64,000 nt of DNA from Podarcis gaigeae (taxonomy: Eukaryota). The stretch is taken from NCBI GenBank assembly GCA_964106915.2, contig OZ066919.1. One strand, written 5' to 3'. Below, one piece after another: positions 37,101-50,194 of this stretch (the first letter of the stretch is position 1; every line of letters begins with the position of its first letter). The translations under genes and the position numbers were made by a program. The notes beneath the pieces are model-generated. The model worked only from the letters and a program-made list of their open reading frames with translations, ran no database searches and was not told where the DNA came from.

Positions 37101-39186
37101 CATGTGTACCACATTATGTGCCTACACAGATGATGTGCTTGGCACCCTCAACATAGTCATGTTTGCTATTCAGCAATTGAGGAAAGGTAGTGTGTTCTTT
37201 TTCCCTTCTTATGGAAGTTGCCAGTCTACCAATGAAACTGCTAGGGATGTTTTGATATTTTAGGTAATTGGAGGGTAATTGCTGACCAGCCAACTGGCAT
37301 TTCCACTATTGGAGCATGTAATGTTGCATTCATTAATGGAGCACACTGTTCAGTTGCTAACCATAGGACTTTAGATTCATTTGTGACTAGTTTCATCACT
37401 CCTCCTAAAGTGAAAGAAGATCCCCTCTGGGGACTATTGAATCACTTCCCAATGTCTCGGTATTGTCAGCATGAGCTTAGTGTAGAATTGTTAGCTTGTG
37501 GGAGAAAAAGGACTTGATTACAACTACTTTCTCCTCTGCCACCTAAATCCAAATTACATGAATATCCTAATATGGGCCCTGAACAAACAAGATTCCAAGG
37601 AAGGATGGCAGAGAGCCTACTGGCAGCTTACTCCTTTCAACAGAATGACCAACGTAGACTAATTTTATGGCTGGACTTTCCAACACCTTATGGTGTCATC
37701 AAATGAGAACTGCAAACAACTAATAGGGGTATCAGAACTGCAGTACCAATTATGGCAAGGTGGGGAGTTTGTTAAACCTGTATGCATGTGCCCCCATCTA
37801 GGGTCTGCCTGCACACTGTAAGGAATTGGCAGTCATTTTCTATTGAACGCCTCTTGCAACTGATGGAAGCAAGTTGGAACCTGTAGTTGCACACACCAAA
37901 TTCTAATGCTAACCCAAATTTCATTGGGAAGGAGCAGATTTCCCTACCCAAATACAACTTGATGAGCAAGTCTAAACTTTATATCCCATCAGTAAATCTA
38001 CAATGAATGGGCTGAACAGGTTTCTCTTAAAGCCTCCTTTGCCTTCCTTCTTGTCGCCTTACCTAATTTACAGGACATCTAAACATAACTTGGGTGTCCT
38101 ATTTTTCCAGTGAGCATGTGCATATCAACAAATTGCAGTATGGGCTAATCTGGTCATGCTGCTTTAGTATATATGCAACTATGTTTTTCTTTTGAAAAGT
38201 ACTGGCAGGCAGACAAACCCCATGCCTGGGGGGAGGGTGTAAAATAAACCAGTGTTGTGTAATTGGCACTTAAAGGAGTGTGGTCTAAACTGACTTAAAT
38301 AAGATAATGGTACTGGAAAGAAGGTTAGTAGGATGTAACTGACACACATACAGAACCGGGGGGAGGGGGAACCTCTTGCCTTCTAAATGCTGCATTACAG
38401 CTCCCATCCCTGACCATTTGTGATCCTGGCTGGGGCTGATGGGAGTTTGGAAATGCCATATTTGAATGATCACAAGTTCCGCAGCACAGTATAGAAAGGG
38501 ACCAAACTTAGTACTAAGGAGTCAACAACATACAGGGATTTTTTCAAAAAGCAAAACAAGAATGACAAAGCTGATTTAAAAATATTAAATGGCATATTTA
38601 AATTGGTTATTTTTTTATCTAATGTGCTATTGATTTCTGCATCTTAATGTTTGTTGAATTGAAATAGTGAGAATCCTGTGCATAGGCATTCCTGTAAGCT
38701 TCAACCCTCTAAATACCCTATGCTCTGGCAAGTAGGCAGACCTCTCTTACCTATGTATTTTATGTATATAACAGGTGCTACTAATTATTTTTACTGCATA
38801 ATCAAGCCATATATATTGATAAGCTGTGTAAAACTTCTGCGACCTTTAAGATTCCCATCCAGCTGCAATCTTCAGTATTACGCCAAAAGCTAGCTACTGC
38901 CTACAGAACTGATGGTGGTGAGTGCATGCCTTGTGCAATAGCTGTGAGTAGAATGCAGTCACTTCCCTTTCCTATTTGTAGAAATTCTGTGCATTTCCTA
39001 CCACCACCACCACCACATTCCTGAATAACATACATGCATGAGCTGTTAGTGGTTTTCTGGTTGAGCTGTAATACTATACATTTGCTTTCTTTGGGGAAAG
39101 TTGAACAAAACAGAAAAAAAACAAAACAGGAAAGTACTTCCTGCCTTTCTAGGGGGAAAAAGGTTTAAGCTCAAATGTTCTAGGCT

Positions 39187-39322
39187 AGGTGTGGGGAACG
39201 TTTGACCCTCTAGACATTGCTGAACTACAAATCTGATAAACTCCAGCAAGCACAGCCAGTGGCCAAATATGATGGGAGTTGTAGTTCAGCAACATCTGGA
39301 GAACCAAAGGTTCTGACACCTG
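39187..39322. mobile_element. Degraded palindromic hAT MITE (169-306 family)
   Basis: ttgctgaactacaa ... ttgtagttcagcaa inverted core; gatgggagttgtagt motif. Confidence 0.7.
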
Positions 39323-40360
39323 ATCTAGACAGTGAGCTGTTTTTATGAGGGATTCTGCTATGTCGGAATACCATCACACAGATCTGAACAAATGCAGGTC
39401 ACTAAATGGCACTGCAAATGAATGCTGTGTCCAAGACTGCTTAAACTCTCCCCTTTGATTTTATGCAGGCTCTCTTTGCTTGAGAACTGCATTTACAGTC
39501 ACAATGTGATGGCTTTCAATGTTAGGTGAAATAGAATTCTGCCTTTTATATCAGCTAATTAAAGTTACTGGTCACTTCCCCCTAGGCTATACCTTCAGCT
39601 GCATCAGTGCTTTTTACAGCAAATGACACATACAAAGATAGACTACTCAAGATGAGCCTAGTTTTTGACTATATTCATGCAATCATGGCCATGTGTAGCT
39701 TGCTGAGGCTAGACCCATGAAAAGTTGGCAAGAATTCCCTGACTCCCAAGTCGTACCGTTTGTCAATTAACTCCACTTCCCCTCAGATGGATGTTTAACA
39801 GATGCACAAACAATTTTGATTTCCTATATGAGGGTGGTCCAACATGCAGCCCGGGGGTTGCATGCACCCCTCAAGGCCATTTTCGACAGCCTTTGGCAGT
39901 GTTCAGGACCTCTTAAAGTGGCTCAAGTAGTTGGCTTTTTTTTTCTTGTTGCTGTGAGGCACACAAGAAAACAAACGGCAAAGGCGCTTGTCTCTCTCAT
40001 CCCCTTCAAGGCCAAACGGGCCAGCCCTCCCCCGCTGCATCCTCTTAACCTTGCCCAGGATTGCTCTGTGTATATATAAGAGACAATAGAATAATGTATT
40101 AACAGGAGAGAAGTATTTTCCACACACTGATAATGAACAACTGAATACCTCCACATATTTGCTTAACTCTTGCACTGCATTTTGACCACACATGGAGTTA
40201 CAATCCTATTTTGCGGATCATAGCCTAGCACACTGATTCAGCGCATACTAACTTGGGAGTAGGTCCCATTATGCTTATACTTAAATATACTAATGGTGTA
40301 TATTAAATAATATTAGCTATATTGCAAATACTTAAGTAGCAATATAAGAATTTGATTCAC

Positions 40361-40670
40361 TCTGGAGCCTCTGGTTTCTGCGTCAAAGTACTCTTGCCAC
40401 ACACTTTGGGAGGTTGGACCACTCTGTCCCAGATTATGGACCAGAGTAATCTGTGCAGGCTTGTGGAGTGGAATGTGAATTGTACAGTTAATAGAAGTGA
40501 TTGTCTAGATTGTGTTAGTCTAGTGTAATAGCCTTCTATATTAAGATCCGCTACAATTTGAATCTTAAGAAAATTTTATTTGGGTTGGTGGCTATGGTCA
40601 GTCCTGCACTCCTTCCTACTGCTCAGTTCCGTAAACTCCACAGCAGACCCCTGCTTGGTATAATGTGCAC
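40361..40670 (-). pseudogene. CCDC162-like relic exon(s)
   Basis: SAVEFTELS ... LTQSRQSLLLT ... EYFDA vs recalled SVQFMEFS ... LKELEIELLLV ... SYFEA; internal TAA stop. Confidence 0.6.
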
Positions 40671-40742
40671 CTGAATGACATTTTTTCATACTTTTGACTT
40701 GATTTGCCCAAAAGAATGGTCACCACTTAGTATTCAACTTAC

Positions 40743-40880
40743 GAAGACCACTAAAACCATGTGTCAGTAGAAGTGATTTTACAAAAGCAGCTGCAAGTAA
40801 CATTTATTGGAATTTGTGAATATAATTCCCTTAATTCTACATACGGTGATCGCCAGCCTTTGAGCATCTGCAGGCAAACA
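40743..40880 (-). pseudogene. CCDC162-like relic exon
   Basis: VCLQMLKGWRSPYVELRELYSQI vs recalled ICLGILNYFRSVERTLTINTSGL; tttacag| ... |GTAAG. Confidence 0.65.
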
Positions 40881-40974
40881 CTGTAAACTACTTTGCCCCA
40901 AAATGTCTGGATGGAGTTGTTTAGTTGGTATGAAGATGTGGACACTGGATAGGATAGGATGGAGTCCCCCTTAC

Positions 40975-41355
40975 AGTAGCAGCTAGCTGTGTCTCCAGGT
41001 AGCTGCTTAGTTGGGCACCAATACGATTGTCATGCAGCTTCTGTGCTATCGCTGTTGATCTTCCCTCTTCACCTTCAAGGCCTCAAAGCTTCCTGCCCAC
41101 AAACAACAGATCAGGGCTGACATCTGTTGCAGCCGTTCTCTCTGCGCCCCTGCCCTGGACTGCAGCTCTGCAATTATTCTTGTTTTCAAAGCCCCCAGCC
41201 CTCATTTCACGGATGGGAACACAACAAGCCTGCAGGCAATTTGAGACCCCATCTGTTCTGGAGTGTTTTTCTCTTGTGTCGTGCCTGAGGATACAGCTTG
41301 TTTGTTTTTCTCTGTCCCGCTCTTATCCTCCAAGACACAAAATATGCGTACGTTG
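40975..41355 (-). pseudogene. CCDC162-like relic exon
   Basis: KL*GLEGEEG...IGAQLSSYL(+1)RH vs recalled QLLGLDEG...RGAYLSLLYLRH; donor |GTAAGG. Confidence 0.6.
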
Positions 41356-41533
41356 CTGTGGCAATGCACAAGTATGAGCAGTAACGGGAGAAAAGAGGGC
41401 AGAAAAATCAGGCCAAGTACACATGTTGGGATTTTATGTTTGGCTGTCTAGTCTGTTCTAGAATCAGGTGTCCTTTCTCAGTATTTGCTCATCTGTTGCT
41501 CTTGGGTTCTTAGGCGATTTTATCTCCCTAAAC

Positions 41534-41685
41534 CTGGATCCCTGCCTCCAGTAGTGTTTTTCTTGCCCTTTCCTTATATGGGGCCTTCAGTGGTTTCCTG
41601 GTCAAGAGACTAAAAAGGTCTATATCATCTTCACTTCATCAATTCTGCATCAGGCGATTCCAGACCATACACTTCAGCCCTCATT
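41534..41685 (-). pseudogene. CCDC162/C6orf183-like relic exon with tandem stops
   Basis: VWNRLMQN**SEDDIDLFSLLTRKPLKAPYKERARKTLLEAG vs recalled PWQQKQLTKLKERKRIDELMQLQAKFLKISNPERVMQVLQEHA. Confidence 0.65.
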
Positions 41686-41920
41686 CTTAAAATGTAGCAT
41701 TTGAGTTACTTTCATGGGAAGGGTTTGATACTACATAAAAACACAGTAAAACTAGTACGGGCCCTTGTATTCATAGATTGCAGGAATTTCTCAACACATC
41801 TTGACAGGCTGGGTGGGTGGTTTTTTATGATGAAATACATGTGCTTCAGAATTGTTAATGCCAAATAACCCCCGGGACCTTGTGAAGAAGGGCAGGCAAG
41901 AAATTGAATTAATACCTTAC

Positions 41921-42037
41921 TTTGTATGCATAAGCAGGGAAGCCCATAGTGTGTTGTCACTCTGTGGCTGCTGTAAATTCCTCACAACTCTTCCACCCGT
42001 CACAGCCAGAAGGGACGTAGCTGGCATGGTCAGTTAC
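41921..42037 (-). pseudogene. CCDC162/C6orf183-like relic exon
   Basis: 117 nt, phase 0-0, ttttaacttccag| ... AAA|GTAAGG; ends E*QHTMGFPAYAYK (FPxY motif). Confidence 0.6.
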
Positions 42038-42572
42038 CTGGAAGTTAAAATGAAAGAGTGAAAAACTAGGTTCTTAGTTACTTCAACTCCCAATTGCTTT
42101 GGTAGATTTGTTTATGCTACAGCTGAAGAAAACAGAAAGCTTGCTACTGTGCGGCAAATGCCTCCTGTTGTGTCTAATCATTTGCATAGTGGCTTTTGCA
42201 GATATGCCAGTATTTTTCAGGCTGTCAGTGTTCAACTGCTAAAATGGAAAAAAGAAGAAGAGGTTAGATCCTGTTAACTTTTCAGATGTAAAACCAACAA
42301 CTTAAACTAAATGCAAGTTTCAGTAGCAAAAAAGTACCATAGCCATTTGGAAAAAAAATAAAGTCTTAATCCTGCATTTCCTGAGAGAATTTACTGCAGC
42401 CCTTGGGAGACTCTGTGTCTCTTCTATAAGAGAACACTCGTTACACAAAAGAGCATCTCAGGATCTTTTGTTTACAAGAAGGCAAGCTGAAAAGCATTTC
42501 CTGAAGGTGATCTATTTTTCCTATATATGGTTTATCTAACATTTTCTGTATATGTTTTATAACTTGGCATCA

Positions 42573-42680
42573 CAGAGCTGCAGAGTTGGAAGGGACCTCA
42601 AGGGTCATCTAGTCCAACCCCCTGCAATGCAGGAATCCTGATCATAGCTGTCCCTTGGTTGGCTCAAACCACCAGCCATT
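42573..42680. mobile_element. CR1-tail / SINE-like fragment
   Basis: agagttggaagggacctcaagggtcatctagtccaaccccctgcaatgcaggaatc is shared with 23258-23313. Confidence 0.65.
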
Positions 42681-43170
42681 CTTCAAACCAGTTTGTGCGT
42701 AAGAGCAGAGTTATGTTTCAATGAGACCCTATGCCAAACCCCCACTTCTCCCACACTAGACATCAGAGGTGTCTAGTTTATATGCCACTTTCCCACAGCA
42801 AACTGTCCAAAATGGCTCCCAGTATTACTCAATTATAAAAAGGCAAAACATTTTTTGTCAAGGGTGCATTGTCCACATGATTTAAGGTGTATCAACAATA
42901 AGGTACAGAAACTTGATCTAAAAATAAAAAGAATGCTGCAGTTTACACCAAATGATATATTCTGAGCTTTCCCAGAATTTGCAAGTCCTGTGTTTGCGCT
43001 GTGCTATTGCCAGATTCTAATTTATTGCAAATAAATTAGTACATATTTTTATTGTCTCCATATGAAACGTAACTTGCAAGTTTCGAAACTCTAAATTAAA
43101 ATTATTTAAATGCTAAAGATTTGAGTTTTAACTTGGAACCATAGGCATTAGAATTTGTCTTTCTAGCAAC

Positions 43171-43357
43171 CTGGTTTTATTGGACCACTGTTCTGCCATG
43201 TGGTTATTTAGTATGGGATGCCATGGTCAGAATGCTAACTCAGTGTCAACGGTTCGTGCTGTGCTGCTGCCACAAGCCGACCTTGGAACACACATAGTTG
43301 TGTGTGTAACTCTATGGGTTGTATCCACTTGGTGTCCTTACACAAAAGCTTTTACTG
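43171..43357 (-). pseudogene. C6orf183 (DUF4549-region)-like relic exon
   Basis: VKAFV*GHQVDTTHRVTHTTMCV vs recalled RENFLMGKNNPSNLVTQEDLTI; acceptor tttctttag. Confidence 0.5.
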
Positions 43358-45258
43358 CTAAAGAAAGGCAAGGTAACAATCTTAGATTACAAAACATTTC
43401 TGCGGTTAAATATTCCTTTCTGAAAAGCGAGTTCTGTATAATTTTTCAGAAGTATAAACATTATAGTATAAACATCAAGATTATTGTGCTTATCTCCTAT
43501 TGCTCTTGAACCTCTGTAAAGAACTATTTATAGTAAGGGCATAGTATTCTCTTCAACAGGAGTATTTATTCACTTATTTCAACTAAATCACATGAAACAG
43601 CCTAATCGCAAATGCAAACATCAGTGGCTTTTCTCAATCTGGCAATAAGTGCCATGCCATTCACAATGCTATCATACATATAGATACACCAACTCGATCG
43701 AGTGGTCAGAACACTAGCTCACCGTGAGTATTTTGAATTATCTGATGTGGTTGGACTCTGATCCCATCCAGTATGCTAAACATTAATGAATGCAAAGTTT
43801 TACTCCTACTGTAGTAATTACATAAACTCATTTGCTCAAGATAGCAGCACTTTGCAGAGGCAGCTGCAACAAAAGCCACAAAGATTGTTTACCTTGGAAT
43901 AACTAAAGCACATTGCTAAACGTGAGTACATAATACCTAATGAATTTGTAGAAGAGCAGATCTCTCATTCAATGTTACTTCAGAGATCATATTTAAATAC
44001 CTCTAATGAGAATAGGTTTCAGATGTCTGTTTAGAGATTTTTAGCAAGTATGGTTTTCAGCTACCAAAATTACGGCCTGTTTTAAGATGCTGCTTTAAAA
44101 ACGATGACTGAAAACTGCATAATAACAAACAGTTCACACTACATTCCTTCTGTTAACGAGTGTTATACTGTTCCTCATTCCAACCATTGTCCAGATCTAT
44201 TCCATTGTTAATAGAGGTTATTTTTCTTTTGAATGTGAGTTATTTCACATGTGCATTATATATCTAGATACCTTAGTTTCTATAGTTTAAATAGAACCTT
44301 GCAATTTCATTTTAAGGCAAATGTTTGTTTTCGAGGGAGGCACTTATTTACAGAAAACACTTGTGAATATCATAATATGTTACATAATATCCTACAAGTT
44401 TCTTACTGAGCATGTGTTGAAAGTTGTGGTTGATTGCGGCCACACATATACAGGTAGGAATGAAAACTGATGTTATGATGCAAGAATTCGCATGATGTTA
44501 CAAGCAGAATTCTAAAGTGTTTCAGGTGAAATGGGGAGAGATGCAATAAAATCATCTTTGTTTAGTCAGATGGTATTCTAACGAGTGCTCTTTTAAAACA
44601 TTCAGCTTAAATATTTGGTTTGATGTGTTGTGGCCATTACTTCACACTGATAATTCAACATATCTGATACAAGTATAATAAATGTTAGAATTGTTTGCAT
44701 GATTTAGAAAGTGCATATTCTTCTTTTCCTTAAAAAACAGCTTGTATGCCTGAGCCTTATACTTGCTGTTTTGTATATGTGTTAGCTTAACGTTAGCTCA
44801 TGTGTGCAATCTTTGAAGATGGATTTACTTTTGTTTTAAAAGTGTGAAAAACACGTATTTGAAATAGCTTTCTTTTTGATATGTTTTCTCTCCTTATGAG
44901 ATTGTATCCTTTCCTGTTGGTAAACTTTGGGCATGATTCATTGGGCATGATTCATTTGCATCATGGGCACAGCCCATCTCTCCCTGTGTCTTGCAAGTTT
45001 ATTGTGTCAAATCAATTTGTACAAAAATAAGGCACCTTCTTCATAAAACCAATATAAGTTTCTATCATTTCTATAAGATAGCTTTAGACAACAAATATTG
45101 TTTGTCCATAATCTAGCCTAAATTGATCTTCTTTAATCTCTTTATTTTCATAAAAAGAATTACGCACATGTTTGGCTTACTGGATCATGTCTCTTGTTGA
45201 ATCTTTGCTGCACCTGTTGAAAAAAATATAATTTATTGTGTTTTGTTCCTGTTAACAG

Positions 45259-45739
45259 CACAGAAAGAAGAACGTAAGAATGAGGATAAGCCAGCTGAAT
45301 CTTCAGTAGCATCAAAGAAAATGGTTGTGTCAACTACTGCAGCGTCTCAACCCACTTCTGCGGTGTCTACCCAAAGCAGAAATCTGCCCTTAAAGAAACC
45401 CTCTACGTTTACTAGTTCTAAGCATCCAATTAAATACTCTGCCGCAGGTTTCAAAGGGGTGATACCTAAGAAATCTTCACTTTCAACTGGTCCACCTACA
45501 TCAAGCAATGTGTCATCATCAAAGCCTTCACCTTTGTCCTATGCTACATCCTCAGTTTATAAAAAAACAATTTCCTCTTCAAGCGTTGGTGGAGGACTCA
45601 GGAAGCCCATGGTGTCCTCTGCTTCTTCAACAACTTCCTCAGCTACACAAGCAAAATCTGCAAGTGCTAGTCCATCACAGCCTAACTCTCAGATTCGCCA
45701 AAATATACGGAGATCCCTTAAGGAGATATTGTGGAAAAG
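45259..45739 (+). CDS. DIDO1: DIDO1 coding exon 8 (Ser-rich linker, start of TFIIS-M)
   Basis: ...SQPNSQIRQNIRRSLKEILWKR; gttaacag| and AG|GTAGGC; phase 1 to 2. Confidence 0.96.
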
Positions 45740-46326
45740 GTAGGCACTAAGTGCACTTGCTCTGTGCAAATAATCTGTATAGTTTAGGATAATCATTAGT
45801 TGTAATGCTGCGTGAACAGTGATATTCATCTCTTCTCACCTTTCATAGCACTTTAGATAATGTATCTGAAATAAGTTTAGTGCTAAAATAGTTGTGAATA
45901 TTTTTGACTGAGAAGGAAATACCTTAGTAAATGTCAACATTTCTTGAAGGTTTTAAACAAGAATAGAAGGCCCCAAAGGCAATCTTACTTTCTTGAAAAC
46001 TAGATTTTTTATAAAAAAAAACCATGGTATTCACAAAACAGATAAGCACTGTCCAATATAAATGCATGTGCTCATCACCACTTTCCCCAAACTATCATTA
46101 GTACTTTAAGCAGCAGAACAATCCTCCTGAGTACATGGTATTCAGAGGATGTTGCAACAGTGGATAGTGGGAATCAAAGAAGGAAAATTCATCCTTGAAT
46201 TAAGTAGGACATTTTTGAGACTTAAGTCATAGAAGATTCTTCCTGCATTTAGGTAGATCAAGCTACTTAACAGTACTGTCATTTTTGACTCCCTTTTCTT
46301 TCTTTCCTAACTCTTTCTTTTGGCAG

Positions 46327-46486
46327 AGTAAATGATAGTGATGATCTGGCTATGACAGAGAGTGAGGTGGGAAAGATTGCACTGAACATTGAAAAGGAGA
46401 TGTTTAATTTATTCCAGGCTACAGACAATCGGTATAAGAGTAAATATCGCAGCATTATGTTCAATCTGAAGGACCCTAAAAATCAG
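46327..46486 (+). CDS. DIDO1: DIDO1 coding exon 9 (TFIIS-M domain)
   Basis: VNDSDDLAMTESEVGKIALNIEKEMFNLFQATDNRYKSKYRSIMFNLKDPKNQ. Confidence 0.97.
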
Positions 46487-46994
46487 GTTTGTATGAAAGC
46501 GAATGAATGACTTCTCTACAGCCTTTGATTTGACTGCATCATTTATTTTATAGCTCTTTTTGTAAACTGCTTTGAGTTTTATTTACAATCAAGAGGATTG
46601 TAAATTTTATTGGGGTAGGGGGCTTTGGAAGCATGAATGGCTAAAACTAACAAGCTTGGGGCTTTTTGGTTTAGAAAAGAGGCAAGGGAATATGATAGAG
46701 ATATATAAAATTCTGCATGTGGAGAAAATGCCTGTGGAACGCTCAGTCCCATCTGTTGTTTGTGCCCATTCCTGATACAGACGTGCTTCAAATTATGTTA
46801 TAGACTTAATATTTTGCTAACCTGGCAATATTTTTTTAAAAATGTATTTTAAATATTTCATTCTATTTACACTTAAGACCTTTTAGAAGGAATTCATGAA
46901 CTGGATGACAGCATTTACTTGCCTATTGGAAGATTCTCATTTGCTAGTTGTGTAAGTAGTTACTGCTCACCTCGAATCACTCCTCTCTCTTTAG

Positions 46995-47111
46995 GGACTT
47001 TTCCATCGTGTTCTTAGGGAAGACCTTCCTTTGTCCAGGCTTGTAAGAATGAAGCCGGAAGAACTCGTATCCAAAGAGCTATCTACATGGAAAGAAAAGC
47101 CAGCCAAAGCA
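46995..47111 (+). CDS. DIDO1: DIDO1 coding exon 10 (TFIIS-M domain)
   Basis: GLFHRVLREDLPLSRLVRMKPEELVSKELSTWKE; canonical splice sites, 117 nt. Confidence 0.97.
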
Positions 47112-47257
47112 GTAAGCAATAAAATTTTGTGCTGTTTATTTTGTAAGGATGGTTGATGAGCAATTCTAGCTGATGTGGTAATTGACTACAGATTAATGAT
47201 TAAAGTCGAGTTCACTGACTTTGTGTGTGTATACAAATCACATTATTGTTTTCATAG

Positions 47258-47365
47258 GTAATGGCAGCTAGACGTAAATCTTTTGAAAACAAGAAATCTG
47301 CTGTAAAACAAGAACCCATCCCAGATGCTAATATGGAAGATTCCCCACCAGTGTCTGATTCAGAT
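47258..47365 (+). CDS. DIDO1: DIDO1 coding exon 11
   Basis: VMAARRKS...MEDSPPVSDSD; ttcatag| and GAT|GTAAGT. Confidence 0.95.
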
Positions 47366-48285
47366 GTAAGTATAAGCCACTCATGGCACTGGTTTACAAT
47401 TAATTATATAGACCATTTACCAAAATTTAGTTCTTTACATGAAGATATTGTATAATTTAAAATGTCATGTTTTAAGATCTCAAGTATAGTTTATCTGCTT
47501 GCTTGCCTTTTTTTATTTTAGAGGGCACAATCCAGTAATGCTCTATAGCAGCTTACACACACGCTGCACAATTCCTGCAGTACTCTATACTTATTCTGAG
47601 GTACATGTACACAGTATTGATTATTATTATTATATTAAATTTGTATACTGCCCTTCATCAAAAGATCTCAGGATGGTTCACAGCATAAAATATAGAATAA
47701 AACCACAGCAAATATGATGAAAACAAGAACAAACCAAACCAATAGCCCACCCACCACTGTACACTGCAGTACACTGCCTATTACCTGGAATGTTGCTTTG
47801 GCATGGTTCCTATTGCAAAGAGACCAATGATAAACAGGCAACCCTGTATTTGTGCGTGGCTGTGTTTTGGGTCATTGTGCATGAGAGCGGAGCACACACA
47901 AGCTTGTTCCCACCCCGTTTTCCTGCCACTTCTGGATCACCACGAGGCACACATGTGTGAATGTCAATCGGTTGTTGCCCGTACATTAATTAATTTGCCC
48001 AAGACAGGGGACCAGCACACTTTCTGTTTCCCCACTTGGGTGCTGTCGAAACCTGTGGTGCCAGTAATGAATTTACGCAAACCTTATAAGGATCTCTTTC
48101 TGCATATGAGCTTGCACTTGTTGAAAGGTCAAGTTATGTTAGATTTTAGTAGTATCAATTGCTTTATTTTTTGGAGCTGTGGATGTTTGGTTTAAAATCT
48201 GTGCATATCTACAGGAATTTGCATGTGTATAGATGAAATGAGCCTGATACCAGCAAATCATACCATTGCCTCAATTCCTTTTTAG

Positions 48286-48421
48286 GAGCAGCAAGAGGCA
48301 GATCGAGCAGCTCCTGAGAAAAGCAGCGCTCCAATTCTTGATGTTTTCAGCAGTATGTTACAGGACACAACAAGTCAACACCGAGCCCATCTTTTTGACC
48401 TGAACTGCAAAATCTGTACAG
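48286..48421 (+). CDS. DIDO1: DIDO1 coding exon 12
   Basis: DVFSSMLQDTTSQHRAHLFDLNCKICTG. Confidence 0.97.
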
Positions 48422-48709
48422 GTATGCACATGGATTACCAAGGCTGTGTGAACACCCACGTGGTAGAAATGCAAAGCAGAAATTTAAATTACCATATCAA
48501 TTTTGTTCTGAGTAAACCCAAATCTGACTGGAGCCTCAATTATACAAATGGCCAGACATTCTTCTTGCAGTAAAATAAACTTTTTGCTTCTATAAAACAG
48601 CAACAAGCAAGAAGTGATTTCCCTGTCTCCAAGGGAAATAGAGCAACATGTCCATGAAATGACACAGACTCACAATGTTACATGTTACCTTTTTTTTTTT
48701 ACCATTTAG

Positions 48710-49256
48710 GTCAGATGTCAGCATCTGATGAAGAACCAGCTTCAAAGAAATTAAAATCGTCCTCTGTTAAGAAGGCGGAACCAAAGCCAGAAATGAAGTC
48801 AAAATTTGAAAGCTCGACACCAACAGATGAAGTGGAGGCTGCAAAAGAAGAGGAAATGGGGACTGCTGCAGAACCTGTTGTTGAACCTGTAGCTGAAGTA
48901 GTTCCTCAGCCAAGCATAGAAAAAGCTTACATTCCTTTAACACAAGGACAAAGCAATCAGTTATCTTCTCTACCCAATGAGAGCTCTCTCTACCCCACAT
49001 CTTATGCTGGCGGCGTTATCACTACTGTGACAGTCTCTGGGAAGGATCCCAGAACAGCCATGAGCACTTTGTCAGCCTCTGCTTCTACTGTGACTTCTGC
49101 ATTGCATCCCAACCCGGCATCTGACAAAGGTTCTGTAGGGGAAAGTAAACCAGAAATATCCAGAAATACTGTAGCAGCTCCAAAATCAATATTAACGAAG
49201 CCATCCTCGTCATCGGACCCAAGATACTTGGCAGCTCAACCATCCCTAAATGTTAG
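48710..49256 (+). CDS. DIDO1: DIDO1 coding exon 13
   Basis: VITTVTVSGKDPRTA, PKSILTKPSSSSDPRYL; phase 1 to 2. Confidence 0.96.
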
Positions 49257-50194
49257 GTATGTGTGTGTCAGTCTGCAAGAGGGTCACTAGGCCTGCGGTA
49301 TTGTGCAAAGGGGACCATGCAACCCAATGGTGTGTGTGTATCTAGGTGCAGGGGGAGCCTTCAGATTCCTTCTAAGGAAGAAAGCTTCCCAGAGTGAGTA
49401 AAATGGGGGGGCAAGGTGGGTGGGCAAGTTAATGGGCATAGCTAGGTCCCCCCCCCCCCCCGTCCCAGCAGGTAGCTCCTTGCTGTCCCCCAATTGTGCA
49501 AGGAGGAGAAAAGCTCAGACCAAACACCCTTGCTGCCATTGCTCTGCAAGTACTCTGATGCTAAGTGACAGTGAGGGATCATTCTTTGCCTCTCATCAAG
49601 ATGTGAAGGAGGGATAAATTGTGCTAATCTCGCAGAAGCCACTAGGAGGAAAGGACAGCAAAGCCATGAACAGGAGGATTTTTTACTACTTCTGCATACT
49701 TTGAAGATTTGCCAAGTCGTATTTTCTCATGTAGCACACTTCTCAGCCTCTAGTAGCAGTGATGCACAGGAGGAGCCAGTGTTTGTAAGAACTGGGGAAC
49801 ATGGGATCACACACTGCCTTCACTCAAGGCAGGTTTATGAACTTCAGTGTCTCTCCATGCTTGACCCACTCTTTCATGCAAAAGAGAATCAGTCACGAGT
49901 CTCACAATATCAACTCAATCCCTAATAATAACAGGAATTCTATTCATGGGTTAGCAAATTAATGGTCCGTTTTTTGTGATCACTAGCCTTCCACTGAATG
50001 TGCTGGAAGTCTTAAAAATTGATTTCTGGCCCATTAATTTAATTTACTAAAAGTATATTTCATAAGATTTAGGATCATTTGATGTGGAATTTGAAAAATG
50101 TTTGGGTTGCCTGGGATGGAGGGGCATTTGTAGAGATACAATTTGTAGAGCCACACTTGACACAATTCTCCCTCCTGGGTTTTCTGTTTTGCAG

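Larger units (their letters stand above)
28950..44002 (-). pseudogene. Decayed multi-exon CCDC162/C6orf183 (DUF4549)-like gene nested antisense in a DIDO1 intron; ends approximate
   Basis: More than 15 minus-strand segments bounded by AG/GT. Their translations match recalled CCDC162/C6orf183 motifs in collinear order (FPAY; ID..L..K.LK....ER; GAQLSSYL; VCLQMLKGWRS; VEFTELS; DPQNR; NPTQV..MFLQ; ISWLHLEML; PSDFW), with in-frame stops and frameshifts. Confidence 0.75.
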
